From NCBI RefSeq assembly GCF_009914755.1, contig NC_060937.1: DNA of 64,000 nucleotides. One strand, written 5' to 3'. The position numbers and the translations under genes were made by a program. Position 1 is the first letter of the stretch, and each line of letters starts with the position of its first letter. Below, piece by piece: positions 15,280-28,695 of this stretch. The stretch comes from the human T2T-CHM13v2.0 reference genome, Homo sapiens. The notes beneath the pieces were generated by a model. It ran no database searches. It was given only the letters and a program-made list of their open reading frames with translations, and was not told where the DNA came from.

Positions 15280-15520
15280 AAGTTCATGTTTATTACAGAG
15301 CACTTACTATTCAACAGGCACAGTGCTAAACGCTTTATTAACACCATCTCATTTACATCTTACAGTAGTTCTAAAAAGTAGTATTATTGTTATTTTATAA
15401 GAGAGAACAAAACTGAGACTTAGAGAATTTAGGTGAGTTGTTCTAAGCCCTATCATTAGGACACGATTGTGCCAGGATTCAAACCCAAGTCATCCGTCCA
15501 CACTCATAAGCACTGCTCTA
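15280..15520 (-). mobile_element. MIR
   Basis: gagcacttactat...aggcacagtgctaaacgcttta...aaactgagacttagaga...ccaggattcaaacccaag. Confidence 0.8.
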
Positions 15521-15934
15521 TCCAGTGTCCAGGTGGTTGCCATGAAACCCGGTCTGGGTCTATTATAAACATGCACCTTTAAGGGAAATACTCTGTAGCA
15601 ATGCTGGTTCATCCAGTCTAGCCTTAATCATCTACACTCATTAAACAACAACCACTTTGAGCATGACACTGTTGTGATTTCTCAAAGTATGATGCACCCT
15701 TGTTATGACATTAAAGTATAAAACTAAGCTTACAAGAATAATTGTGCCACATCATAATTTTATTTTGAAGCCTAGCTCTAAAGTAAGGCAGAATGGCTAA
15801 ATGAGATAAGCCTAATAATCATGGTAGGGGAGATGCTGCACAGCTGAGGCAGTGAGAGGATGCTTCCCTAAAGAGCTGACCTTGGAATAAGCTCTAAAGC
15901 CTAGCTCCTCGGAGAGCAGCTATGGAGGGGCAGC

Positions 15935-16060
15935 AATGGCATGCCTTGTTTGAAATGCAGCATCTTAGACCCTACCCTAGATGTACTGAATCAGAATTTG
16001 CATTTTAACAAGATCCTCTTGAGATTTGCAGGCACATTGATGTTTGAAAAGCACTGCTTT
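15935..16060. mobile_element. MER5-like hAT DNA transposon fragment
   Basis: tactgaatcagaatttgcattttaacaagatcc...tttgaaaagcactg. Confidence 0.65.
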
Positions 16061-19000
16061 AAAGAGCAGATAGCATTTCAGCAGCATATACAGAGGGAAC
16101 AGCACCGTAGGTACAGGGAATAGCAAGAGCAAAGGCACAGTGGTGGGAATGAATAAAGCCATTTGGGGGGAATATCATATCTGGTTGAGCTGTGGCACAA
16201 ACTGGAATGAAAGATGGTGAGTAGTGGGAAGATAAGTAGGGCGGAATTTATGGAGGGCTTAAGAACTACATCTTGTTCTTAAGGTAATGGGAATACCAAA
16301 GTTTTTGGTCAGAAGGTGATGTAATTTTTTTGTTGACTAGACTTTTAAAATTTATAAAATACTTAAGCTTTGTGATACACTCAGAACATAACCTTTGGGT
16401 AGGACATGACTCCACATATTTCCTTTAGCCTTCATATCACCAAACAAATCTATTATTAATAGGTATTAATTTTATGGAGGTTATTAAAAGAGAATGAAGT
16501 GAATCCTGATGGCAAAAAGAACACTTCCGAATTCTACACCTATCATGCATTTACTGTTAGGGATTTGATGGTTAAACTGACCTACGGGATTTAAAAACCC
16601 ACACAATCTTGTCCTTCATGAGTAGATAGAACAAGCAGACAATGTATATTGTCCCTCTGTATTTTGCATGGGTCAGGCTCTCCTTTGCTCTCTGGTTCTG
16701 AGAAGGGCTCCCAAATCCCCCCAGGCTCCTTTGATGAGGAATCTGTAAGAGACAGAAGCTATTTTGTAAAGCTGTCAGCTGTCCTGAATAAGGCAGCCAG
16801 GAATAAGAGAAACAGATAAGAGGTACATTCTCAGGCATGACGGGGAGCCTTGTCTGCCTTGGATTAAAAGGAGAAGGAAAGAGGATTTTGGAGGGTGGGT
16901 GAGTCAACTGAATGGAATCTTCGTCTGCAGGCTGACAGACACGTTACAGACACAAAATGAGTCAACAAAGACACCCAATGATTGGTTGAGGAACAAAGAC
17001 AAGGAAGGGATAAGTGCAGCTAGACACAGGATGCCTCATATCAGGAGCAGTTGCATTTCTCAGGGAGGGTGAGTTAGAGGGAAAAGGGGAAAGGTAAAAA
17101 TCAAAATCTCTGTTCCTGTACCTTGGGCCTTGCTAACTAGGACATTCTTTGTTCCCACCAGTTGGTGACTTAACCAGTTCCCTTAAGGAAGCTCAGAGAC
17201 TGATATAATTGCTGGGTCCTACAAGTCAGATGTTGGGAAGATTTGCATTGCCCTCAATCAGGACTGGGCATAGCTGCTCAAAATCTGACTATATGTATGA
17301 TATAGTTAACCTTCCCCAACAAATATAATGACAGATAAATGCAATTAATCTCATCCGGAAAAGGGAAACCCACACATGGTGGGGTGGGCTATGCCATTAT
17401 CCATAGCCCATGAGAATATCCTGTTGGCCAGAAGATGCAGGAACTCCTTACCCTGCTGGAGGTGTGTGTTCCTAGTGTGGCCTCCCCAGATTCTGGTCGC
17501 AAAAGTGGTCTTTCTTAGCTTTTGTCCTTTGTGACCACAACTAAGCTGGTCATTAAGGATGATATTTCAGGGGCTTTGCCAACATAACAGGCCATTTATA
17601 ATTGGGAGTTCAGCTGTCACAGTCCCTTGTTTGCCAGGTAAAAGTTTTGTGTTTATTTGCATTTGATTAACTCCACAATCAAAGCTGGAGATAATTCAAA
17701 TTTACTCAGAGCCTAGCGATTTTCATCTTCGAGTATGGATCTTGATGATTTGTTCATGCCCTTAGCCCTCAGCTTAAATGACTTCTCCCTGAGCCTCTTC
17801 AGGGCCATTCAGAATTTCCTGGGGTGGAGGTCACAGCTAATATTCCCCTTTTGCCCCCAGGTTGCATCTCAGGGGATGGTTTTTGCTGAAGGTTGACTGC
17901 CATTTTTCTTCAATTAGATATGCCAGACTTAAGGAGAGTTTGGAGGAGACGTGGGGCTGAAGACTCTGTGAGGCTTCACTCTTATCTCCTTGATTATGTT
18001 TTCCTTTCATTTTCTTGCACTAACTTTACTTTGATGGAGAAAAGTTTGCATATTCTGTCCTTAAAAGTTGCCAGGTTGCTGACTTTCAGCTCTCCTGGTT
18101 TGTTGGCCTCAGTCAGAAAGGGTCTATTTTAGTGATATTATATTTTCTTCTCTTTCTGCTTTCTGAGGGACTATGTTCAGTAGAAGACTAAATTTTTCTT
18201 ATAAATATATATGATCCCTTCCAATTCCTGACTCTTTGGTCTCTGGCTTTAACAGACACACAATCCGTGTCTCAAAATATGAGCAGCAGCTTACCAGCAG
18301 CTGTGCAATCACCTAAGAAGAATGCAGATCAGCCTCTCAACTTAGTATTGGTAGGTCTCCATGAACCTCCTCCTAGATCCTCTCAGCTAATCACTCTTGT
18401 TAGGGTCTTTTACTTACAATTTCTTTCCCAATTTGGAATTTGTTTTGATTGTTTAGGGAGTCAGTGACAGAAATCCAACCACTAATTGGCTTAAACATAT
18501 TGGGGGAACTTATTTCACTTAAATGAAAAATTCATTTGGAGATCAGGTATGGTTGGATATAAAAGCCATCTCAGCTCTTCTTTGCAAAACACTGATTTTA
18601 TTCTCAGGCAAGCATTCCCAACCTGGTAGTTTCACATCCCAGCCTTTATCTTCTAAACTCAGCAACTCCAGGGGAGAATTATATCTCTTTCATAGTCGTT
18701 GCAGCAATAATCCTGGAGGTGATCCCCAATGGCTAAGAAGGACCTGGGTTGGGACACATGTACCTGTCTGGATAAGTCACTGCAGCTAGTTGGATGGAAT
18801 GCTCTAGTTTGGCTAAGCCTGGGTCATGTGGCCATCCTAACAGCAAGGGTGGGGGTCTATCATACCCTACTTGCATGATTAATTTGGTGAAGGGATGGAT
18901 TCTTAAAAGAAAACTAGATGCTGAGCAGGTAAAAACAACAAATGTCTTTCATGTCCTGATAGGTCAGTTTTGAAGTTGATCCAAGAAACCAGTTTTTATA

Positions 19001-20352
19001 CCCAAAGAAACTCTGCAGGTCAAAAAATTAAATATAGAAAAAATATAAAGATTCTAAAAAACCAATTTTATCACATGTGGCTGGGGCAACTCTGAAATAT
19101 TATTCAGCAAATTCCACTTATTGCTGAAGCCTCATATAATATACTAGTTCCACATACTAAGCCTATGATCCTTTAGTCAGTCTTCTGGTTTCAAATTCAG
19201 ATGATGTTATGTGGTAAGTATTTCACAGAAATCGTATGAAATGGTGGGAACTTCACCAGTGTTCCACAAATACTAATGATCCCCTTTTATGCTATAGGCA
19301 CTGAACTAGGGACTGGGATACAAATTTGATGAAGACATGGTTCATACCCTAGAAGGACTCAGAATGGGGGGTAAGACATATACTTTAAATAAATAAATCA
19401 CAGTGTATTGTGAAATGCCTATGACAAAGGACACAGTTGTCTTCTAAAGTCCCACAGATTGCTAGGCACTGGGCTTTTTTCTCCTCTCACATTTTCTTCC
19501 TTAAATTTCGAAGCAACTCCTCAGGGTAGGCATTATTCCCTGAAGATATTGAGGTTTGAAGAGATGAAGTCTTTTTGGTCAACCAGCTAGTGAGTAGAAG
19601 GAAGTTTTGGGAATTCTATTTGGAAGTACTTTATTTCTCAGTATTTGGGAATACTACAAAAGCATGACCATTCTTTTAGCCATCCACAAGTTTTGGGACC
19701 ATTTATTTTTTTCATCTCCATCTTGCAGAGCTTATCTGTCATGAAGTCCTACCAATTCTTCCTAAGTAATGTTTCTCAGGTCTCACCCTATACTTCTTGC
19801 TACACATGGGTCAGGCTTTCAACATCCTGTACCTAGATGGCAGGGGCACTTTAAATGACCTTCTTTTTACTTTCGGTCTGTCTTTAATTCATTCTGCTAC
19901 TAAGTGGGTTTTTGAGGTTGGCAAAAGTTGTACACCATACAATACTGCCTTGATTATTTATTTAATAAATATTTATTACAAGGCAGTCATTGTGCTGGAT
20001 GCTGCTTTAAAGCTTCACATAAAGCACAATCATTTTTAAGGATTTCATCAATGTTTAGAAAGGCAATCATCCATATTTTCCTAATAAAACACACATCAAC
20101 AATCCTTTGCTCCACAAACCTCAATGGTTTCTGACTGCTGTCTTAAAAGTGTTGAAAATTTTTAGCTTAGCATCAAGGTCTTCCTCAGCTATGCCATCCA
20201 TTCATACTTGTTCTGCATATTGTTCTTGACCCATGCACTGCAACCAACTGGCCTACTCAGTCCCTGTAGGGTCTGTGCCTGCCCTTCTCCACATCTTGTT
20301 CACATCATTCCTAGGTTCTCTCCATTACTGGAAATTTTGGCTGATTGTGATC

Positions 20353-20644
<292 letters not shown>

Positions 20645-20966
20645 TGATGGTAAACTTATCTGTAAACTCTGAGATGGCTTCTCATTTGTACTTCCTATAA
20701 CTTGGTCTGTGTCATTGGCACTTGTGACCTTCTCTAAACTATGGTGAGTTAATTTTTTTAATGTGTAAGTATTTTCTTCTAACAAGGCTGTTTGCTTCAT
20801 TGCATTACCAATATGTGATTAAACATCTTTTGATAAAGGGCTTGAAAGTGTTCTAATTGCTGGTGGACATGAGCTTTTGTGCAGAGTAGGAATAGAGGGA
20901 CTCAGCTAAGAGGAAAAGAGATGAGGACAAAATAAGGCACAGAAGAAAAATTGCTTCTCAGTCTTA

Positions 20967-21287
20967 ATTTTTAATTTTTATTCTTTTTTAGAGACAGAGT
21001 CTCACTCTGTTGCCCAGGCTGGAGTGCGGTGGCATGATCATAGCTCTCTGCAGCCTTGAACTCCTGGGCTCAAGAGATTCTCCCCCTCAGCTTCTTGAGT
21101 AGCTAGGACTACAAGTGCACACCACCACACCTGGCTTTTTTATTTTTATTTTTATTTTTTGACTTTTTGTAGAGAGGGGGTCTTGCTATGTTGCCCAGGC
21201 TGGTTTTAAACTCCTGGCTTTAAGTAATCCTCCTGCCTTGGCCTCCGAAAGTGCTGGGATTACAGACATAAGCCACTGCACCTGGCC
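20967..21287 (-). mobile_element. AluJ
   Basis: tcatagctc...gcagccttgaactcctgggctcaag (J-type). TSD-like ctcagtctt on both sides. Confidence 0.93.
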
Positions 21288-21456
21288 CCTCAGTCTTTAA
21301 TTTTTATCCTTCATCTTGCTTTGATACATTCTCTGGTGAAGGAGAAAGCCTCTTGCTTGCAGGGTGGGAAGGACACAAAGCATGAACCAGTAACTGAAAG
21401 TCAAGTACCAAAGTCAATTTCACTAACTCACTTTGGATTAATGAGCCAAAATGGTA

Positions 21457-21755
<299 letters not shown>

Positions 21756-24700
21756 AGTAAAATGTTTTTTTATTATTCATTGATTTAATTTCCTTCATGC
21801 AGAGATTTTAATAATACCAGTAGTTTAAGAAGTAATTTTATGTAGGATTTAAGATTCACAGTTTTGATAATATTTTTATTAATATAATGATCTTTACGGG
21901 AAACTTTTTTTCTAAATGAAGACTACATCATTTAAATCCTTGTTTTATGTTGAGGGGAACTTGTGATTGGTGTTGATATTTTATAGAGGTTTTCTGTGAT
22001 TTTATCTGGGTTAAAGCACTTAAGTAGTGAATAAAATATCATTTGTTTCTATGCTACTCTTGTAGAGGGTGTTTTGGCTGACTTCAGGGCTGAGTTATTT
22101 TCTCTGAAATGATTTCACAGGAAAAAGACCAGCAATTTGCTGACAACTTTTGTTATAAATAACTGCATAGTCAAGACCTAATAACAAATTGATTATACAA
22201 TGGGGTAACAAGAATGTGAGATAATGATACTTGTTATGAAATAACTTAAAACAATTTCTCTCTGCTTTGGAGACTCATACTGCTGAAGATTGACTTCAGT
22301 TTTTTCAAGCAATGATTTAAAAAAAGAAAATTTTAAAAAAGCTGTTAGGTTGATTTGTTTTCTTTCAAACAGTCTTAATAGCTTCAATTTCTGGAACTTA
22401 CTTCTTGAAGACAGTAACATTGCACTTGATAATATTTTGCTCATTCGTCTCCAGAATGTTTGTTCAGTTGAGAAATGAAAATGGGTCTCAGTATAGTACA
22501 TACAGTGATTTGTTCTAAGTGGCACTAAACTGTTTCTGGCCTAGGGAAGTATTAGTTCAGGGTCCTGTGTAACTTGATGCTTACTCTGACACATGGATGC
22601 AATAATCCAGCCAAATTTGCAAATTAGAAACTTTCTTATGGCTTAATTTTTTCCCCAAACATATGTTGTTGGTTTTCTGTAATAGGAAAGGGGAAATATG
22701 CAAAGGCACAGACAGTATTCTGCATTAGGGTGCTAATATTTTCCCATGTTTTTGATGAAAGTTGCGTTTCTTTACATACAGTGTGCTCTAGTGTGTGGAT
22801 ACATTGGTGTTATGTGTTCAATAACACAGAAAATCTTTTATTTAAATGATTGGAATATAAATCCTGTTTTTCAGATCTGATTTCTTGACATTTGCGGGGA
22901 ACACTAGCATATCTGTTGCTTTTGTTTTAGGAACAAAAGTAAACTCTGTAGGGAGTTCACCAAAATCCTCACCCTTTAAAACCAAACTAAGAGGAACAAA
23001 TTGTTGCTTCATTCACATTTTGGTCTTCCTGTGGTATGGTATCCCCCTTCAGTCTATTGTTTGTTTTGCTTTATCTTTGACTCCAACAGAGATCAAAACA
23101 CATTTTTTTTTGAATTATAGTTTGGCAATATGCCGGCAAATGGGAAAACACATAACATAAAGCAAATTTTTTTCCACAATGCTTTTAATATTCAGACAGA
23201 TTTTTATCTAACAGAGTCAACAGAATGTAACATGAGTGTACCAGCAGCCCAGAGCTGTAAACACAGCTTCCTGATGACATATCCCTAGGGGGACAGATCA
23301 TACAGTTTCTATATTATTCAGCTTGTTATTCTACTGGCACAGAACTGATTTTTGCTTCAGAAAAATGTTTCTTTTCTGAAACTCCAGCTGTCTCTCATTC
23401 ATAAAACGGTGTTTTAATAAGGTGGTTGTTTAGTATGAAACAATGATAGCGCTAATAATGAATCACTAACAATATGGCACACTTCTTATCATGGATGGTC
23501 TACTTTATGCCAAACAGCTGGAGGAAACGTGGGGGAAAATGCAATCAAGCATTTGAATATCATAGCTGGATGTTTCCAAACATAAGTATCCAGATGCTTA
23601 GTTTTGTGGAGGTAATATGTTTGATTGCTTGCTTTTTAAAATATTTTATCTGGATCTTTTGATGTTCTGTAGGTGGAGTCATGGACTGTTCTTCATTTTC
23701 AGTATGCTGAATGATTTTTCTGATCATGGATAATCAGAAAAACAGTAATGCTGAAGACTAGCTGAGAGTAGGCCTGGCAGGAACTGTGTGAGCTAAAGGA
23801 GAAGAGGAAGACATGAGACTTGGACTGTGGTTAAATGGGTCCCTCTCCTGGCTAATACATATGGAAGCAGGCACCTTTTAAAGACATCAGCTAAAGCAGA
23901 TTCAGTTTTCAGTTAAGGGACATATAGCAATTATGATGTTCGGTGGAAGAACCAGATTCTCTTGTCTTCCCTGAGACCCAGAGGCTGAATAACCAGGAAC
24001 TTCCAGAGATACTTGGTTCTCAGAAAGAAAGAAAGCTGTCCAACATGCCATTGAGGATACTGGCTTAAAAGAAGTCTGTTCTTACCAGGCTGAAGTAGAG
24101 CTCTTCTCTTCCTCAGACAGATGCCTCATTAGGCAAAATTAAAAATCTAGGAAAATAGAGTACTTTTTCTTTTTAGGATCTCAGAGTACCCCGCTCAAAT
24201 GAACTCATGCTTCCCAGTATACTTCCCCAATACCGGTCACCGGTACTTGTAATTAGAGTCATTGCCAAATGCTTCACTAAATGAAAACCCCTGAAAATTA
24301 ATTATCTCATCAAAGATGGCTCACTTTCAGAACAGGATTCATATGTCCTGGCATTGAAATAAATGCCAACTGCCTCCTCGGAATGAAAGGAAAAAAAAGT
24401 CATTTACTGACATGTCCCTGCAGGAATCAATAACATTACAGATCATAGAGGAGACAAGAATAGCCTGGGCATATTAATAACTCCGCCTACTCACTGATTT
24501 GAGATGACTAGTTAAATAACATTCTGCACTGATGAGGACTCCATGGCACGAGGAACAATGTCATCATTAACATGTGAGACTGTTTAGCATTTTGAACACT
24601 TCACACATAAAAAGAACTTAACACAGGACTATTTATTGGGCTTTAGACAGATGGTTTAATGTTTTTTTAGCCTTCAGCCTATCAGACCACCCGTGGTTTC

Positions 24701-25369
24701 CTTCAGCCAAGGGCTTTTAAAAAATAATTGGTCTACAGCAATTTTCTAACAAGACTGACTGCAATATATTTCTCTAAATCTTTTTCTTACCCTTAAGTAT
24801 CCCTTACAGTGGTTTGTGGTTGACAGACTTCTCTGTCTGATACTGGTTCCTCACATATAAGTAATTACTGACATAAAAGGAGATGAAGGGGCTGAAATTT
24901 CATCATTAATGGTTTCTTTGCTGTAGAAAAAAACTATTTAGAAATGATTATTTTGGAAAACAGTTCTTCCCTAATTAGACATTGCCTGACACTCTAGAAG
25001 ATGTTTCCCAAAAATCTTTCAATATAGGAAATGACAACCCAACATAGATGGGTAACTGTAGGTGGCAGAGGATGCATTGCACTAAGCATGTATACGTTCA
25101 TCTTAAAATGGTAAAGAGGGTCAAATGTGCCTCTGTGTGGGAAATATGTGAGTCTGCTTAGGAAGGAGTAAAGTGGCTGTGGATTCCTGCTCTTATTGTC
25201 GAAGCGAGGCCAGTACAATGGAAAAGCAAGCAGGATGTGTTTTTATAGTGCAGAGATCTTAATAACCACCTGCACCACCCTGGCCACTGGTCAGCTCTTC
25301 AGGCCCTTCTGTGGGTCCTTTAGTGAAACAGCATGGCCCAGAGGCCCAGAGACTGTGGACTGGCCCAAA

Positions 25370-25600
25370 TGGATGATTATTTGCATATTCTTCTGTATGT
25401 AGCTCCCCCAGTAGGGTTCTGAAGAGGCATGCTTAGGCTTGGGGCAGAGAAAAGCAAGTATATAGCAGAGAGGACTTAGTGATGGGATGTTCTAAGGGGA
25501 AAAGTGTCTTCTGACTGAGCACTCGGCACTCGGGAGGGCTTGAGAAGCCTGAAAGTCTTAGTGCAGAGCTTGCGATTGGCTTTTCTCTTTGAGGAATAAA
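25370..25600 (+). promoter_or_regulatory. Candidate remnant promoter of the protocadherin pseudogene
   Basis: Octamer ATTTGCAT 25379-25386, TATATA 25459-25464 and reverse CCAAT (attgg) about 25575, just upstream of the ATG and CpG island. Motif matches only. Confidence 0.3.
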
Positions 25601-25779
25601 TGTCTCGCTGGAGGCTCAGATTTCCTGCTGACACTTCATGCAGGGTTGGATTGGAGTCCTTGCTGATTCTGTGGCTGCTGCTAGTGTCAGGATTTTGTAC
25701 CGATACTGTCAATTTCCTCACCTGTGAGGAAGACACCCCTGGCACCAGCGTCGGTGTTTTGTCTGATCACGTCCAGTTT

Positions 25780-26721
25780 AATTCGCAGCGCGAGGTGCCA
25801 AGTCAGTTTCAGCTGATGAAACAATTCAACAGCTCTCTGCTCCGGGTGCGCGAGGGCTACGGGCAGCTGACCGTCGGGGACACCGGCCTGGACTGCGAGG
25901 CGCTGTGCGGCCAGGCCCCGCAGTGCGTGCTGGTCTTCGACGTGGTCAGCTTCTCGCAGGAACAGTTCCTGCTGGTGCACGTGGAGGTGGAGGTGAGGAA
26001 TGTCAACGACCACGCGCCGCGCTTCCCCCGGGCCCAGATCCCGGTGGAGATGTTTGAGGGTGCGGCCGTGTGCACGCACCCTGGAGGTGCCGGTGGACTA
26101 GGACGTGGGCGCCAATGGGCTGCAGAGCGTGCGCCTGGCCCAACCGCACAGCCCCTTTTCGCGTGGAGCTGCAGAAGCGCGCGGACGGCGCTCAGTGTGC
26201 GGACCTGGTGCTGCCGCAGGAGCTGGACCGCGAGAGCCAGGCCGCCGACAGCCTGGAGCTGGTGGCCCTGGACGGTGGCCGCCCGCTGCGCTCCGCCACG
26301 GCTGTCTTCAACGTGTGTGTCCTGGACGCCAATGACCACAGCCCGGCCTTCCCGCAGGGCACGGTGGCCGAAGTGGAGCTGGCGGAGGCGCGCCTGTGGG
26401 CTCCCTGCTTCTTGACCTGGACGCAGCCGACCCCGACGAGGGCCCTAACGGCGACGTGGTGTTCGCTTTTGGCGCCTGCACCCAGAGGGAGGCGCGCCGC
26501 CTCTTTCAGCTCGACCCGCGGTCTGGCCGCCTCACTCTGGCCGGGCCCGTGGATTACCAGAGTCAGGACACCTACGAGCTGCACGTGCGGGCGCAGGACC
26601 GCGCTGCCGCCTGCAAGGTCATCCTGCGCATCCGCGACGTCAATGACAACGCGCCCGACATCGCCATCACCCCGCTGGCCGCCCCAGGCGCGCCGGCTGC
26701 CTCGCCCTTCGCCGCTGCCGC

Positions 26722-26752
<31 letters not shown>

Positions 26753-27830
26753 GCCGCCGCTGCCCTCGGGGGAGCGGACGCTAGCTAGTCGGCGGGAGCC
26801 AGGACGCCAGAGGCTGGCGCCGCCACGCTGGTGCCGGAGTGGGCGGCGCGCGAGAGTCTGGTGGCTCTGGTCAGCACTTCGGACAGGGACTCGGGCGCCA
26901 ACCGGCAGATGCGCTGCGCCCTCTACTGGCAGGTGCACTTCCGGCTGCAGCGGGCCTACGCGGGCAGCTGCCTGGTGGTGACCGCGGGGTCGTTGGACCG
27001 CGAGCCCATCGCCTAGTACAACCTGACGCTGGTGACCGCGGACCGCGGCGCGCCCCCGCTGTGCACCAGGAGGCCCTACACGGTGCGCGTGGGCTACGAG
27101 AAAGACAATGCTCCGCTCTTCACGCGGCCGGTCTATGAGGTATCTGTGAGTGAGAACACCCCGCCCAGCGCCTACCTGGCCACGGTGGCCGCCCTGGACC
27201 CGGACCTGGGCCCCAACGGCCAGGTCACCTACCGGCTGCTGGAGGCCGAGGTGGGCCGCGCCGGGGGCGCTGTGTCCACTTAGGTCTCGGTGGACCCAAC
27301 CACCAGGAGCTGCGCGCTCGACGGCACTTTGACTGCGAGGAGCTGGCGGAGATGCAGCTGCGGTTGGAGGCGCTAGACGGCTGCTCTCAGCCGCTATGGG
27401 GCCTGGCCATAGTGTGGCTGCAGGTGGAGGACCAGAACTACCACGCGCCCCGCCTGGTGGCCCCACTGCTCCCCCACGGCTCAGCCCAGCTGCCTCTGCC
27501 CTGGGATGCGCCACTGGGCTACCTGCTGACCCGTCTGCAGGCAAAAGACGAGGACTAGGGCGCCGACGTCGAGCCGACTTACTTAGTCCTTGACAGCGAC
27601 GGCGGCCCCGGGGTGCTGGCGCTGCACCCGGCTTCGGGTGAGCTGTCTCTGCAGCGCCGCCTGTCCCCGAAGCCCGCCGGCCCGCTGACGGCGGTCATCG
27701 CGGTGCGGGACTGAGGCCGGCCCACTCTGAGTGCACAGCCACACTGCTTCTCGTGCCCGCGGGCCGGGCGCCACCTGGCGCAGAAGTGGTGCTGATGCCG
27801 CCGCCGCACGAGAGAGGAGAGCCACGCATC
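25780..27830. promoter_or_regulatory. CpG island
   Basis: About 2 kb of very GC- and CpG-dense sequence in an AT-rich, CpG-depleted window (visual estimate). Confidence 0.92.
26711..26764 (+). repeat. (GCC/GCT)18 trinucleotide repeat (polyalanine frame)
   Basis: GCC GCT (GCC)4 GCT (GCC)9 GCT GCC. Confidence 0.97.
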
Positions 27831-28695
27831 AGGCAGCGAATGGGAGGGCAGCTTGAACCCTCCCTGTTCTGGTGGGTGTTTTGGCCAGCGGCTGCATCCT
27901 TCTGCTAGTGGCCATCATCACTGTGACTTGTTCTTGCCAAGGCAAGGCTAGGACGCTGGTGAAGAAGATCCGTGAGCACTCCCCAAGCAGATTTCAGGCA
28001 ACGAGTGACCATGCTGGTCCACGTGTCAGAGCCATAGGGGCTGACTCTGGGGGCTTCTGCTCCAGGTTCTTTATAGACACACGGACAGTTTCCATTTCCA
28101 CAGGGGCCCAGGCGTTCGAGTCTGTGGAGGATTCCTAGTCTGAGGTCAGTGAGGTGTCTCGGAGCTCCTCTTGTCGGGAGAGGAGCAGGACTGCATGGGC
28201 CCAGGTAGGGCACCCCTGCCGTTCTTAGTGTCCTCATTCTCTTGGAGTAGTTTTTCATGCTAGGAGCCTTATGAAAATTCAGTGCTTGATTTGGGACTTC
28301 AAATGGCTGATATTTCCGGGCTTGTTTTTTTTTTTTTTTTGGAAAGGAAAAATTATCCACAGGCAAGGTTAGGGGGAGACTTGATTATCACATGTTCATT
28401 CATGTAGGCCCATGTCTGTTTCTGCTGTTTTTGCCTATGATAACTTCCTTTGCGTACAATTTGGATACAGTCGACCCTCAGGTTAATGCTGTTTCTGAAG
28501 CACTCCGGATGAGGAATGCGGCGCCTGCTCTGTCGGGTTTGATATTAGACGGTGAAATATTATTAACTGCTGCTCTCACCCCTTTTTAAAAATAGGGTTC
28601 AATCTCAGTTCCTTTTCATTCCTCATCCCCTTATGGAGAAAATAAATCTGCGGCAAGTTTAAGGTAATTTCAGAATATATGTTGTTATCTCTAAG

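Larger units (their letters stand above)
25600..28204 (+). pseudogene. PCDH8P1: Pseudo-exon 1: signal peptide, EC1-EC6, TM, juxtamembrane
   Basis: In-frame stops at 26099, 26786, 27014, 27281, 27556, 27712 and 28136. Frameshifts near 26078, 26157 and 26389, plus further ones downstream. In-frame loss of about 5 codons (GPGPR) near 26603. TM VGVLASGCILLLVAIITVTC. Phase-0 donor CAG|GTAGGG at 28204/28205. Confidence 0.92.

Noticed and set aside
23715-23742. 10-bp hairpin tttttctgat/atcagaaaaa
   Set aside because: Short AT-rich stem expected by chance; too short for a pre-miRNA.
26192-27544. 450-aa minus-strand ORF (and other overlapping ORFs at 25687-27825)
   Set aside because: Antisense or off-frame shadows of GC-rich cadherin coding sequence; low-complexity G/A/P/R peptide with no recognisable domain.
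25600-28204. Functional PCDH8 gene
   Set aside because: At least seven in-frame stops and several frameshifts; the termini do not match PCDH8.
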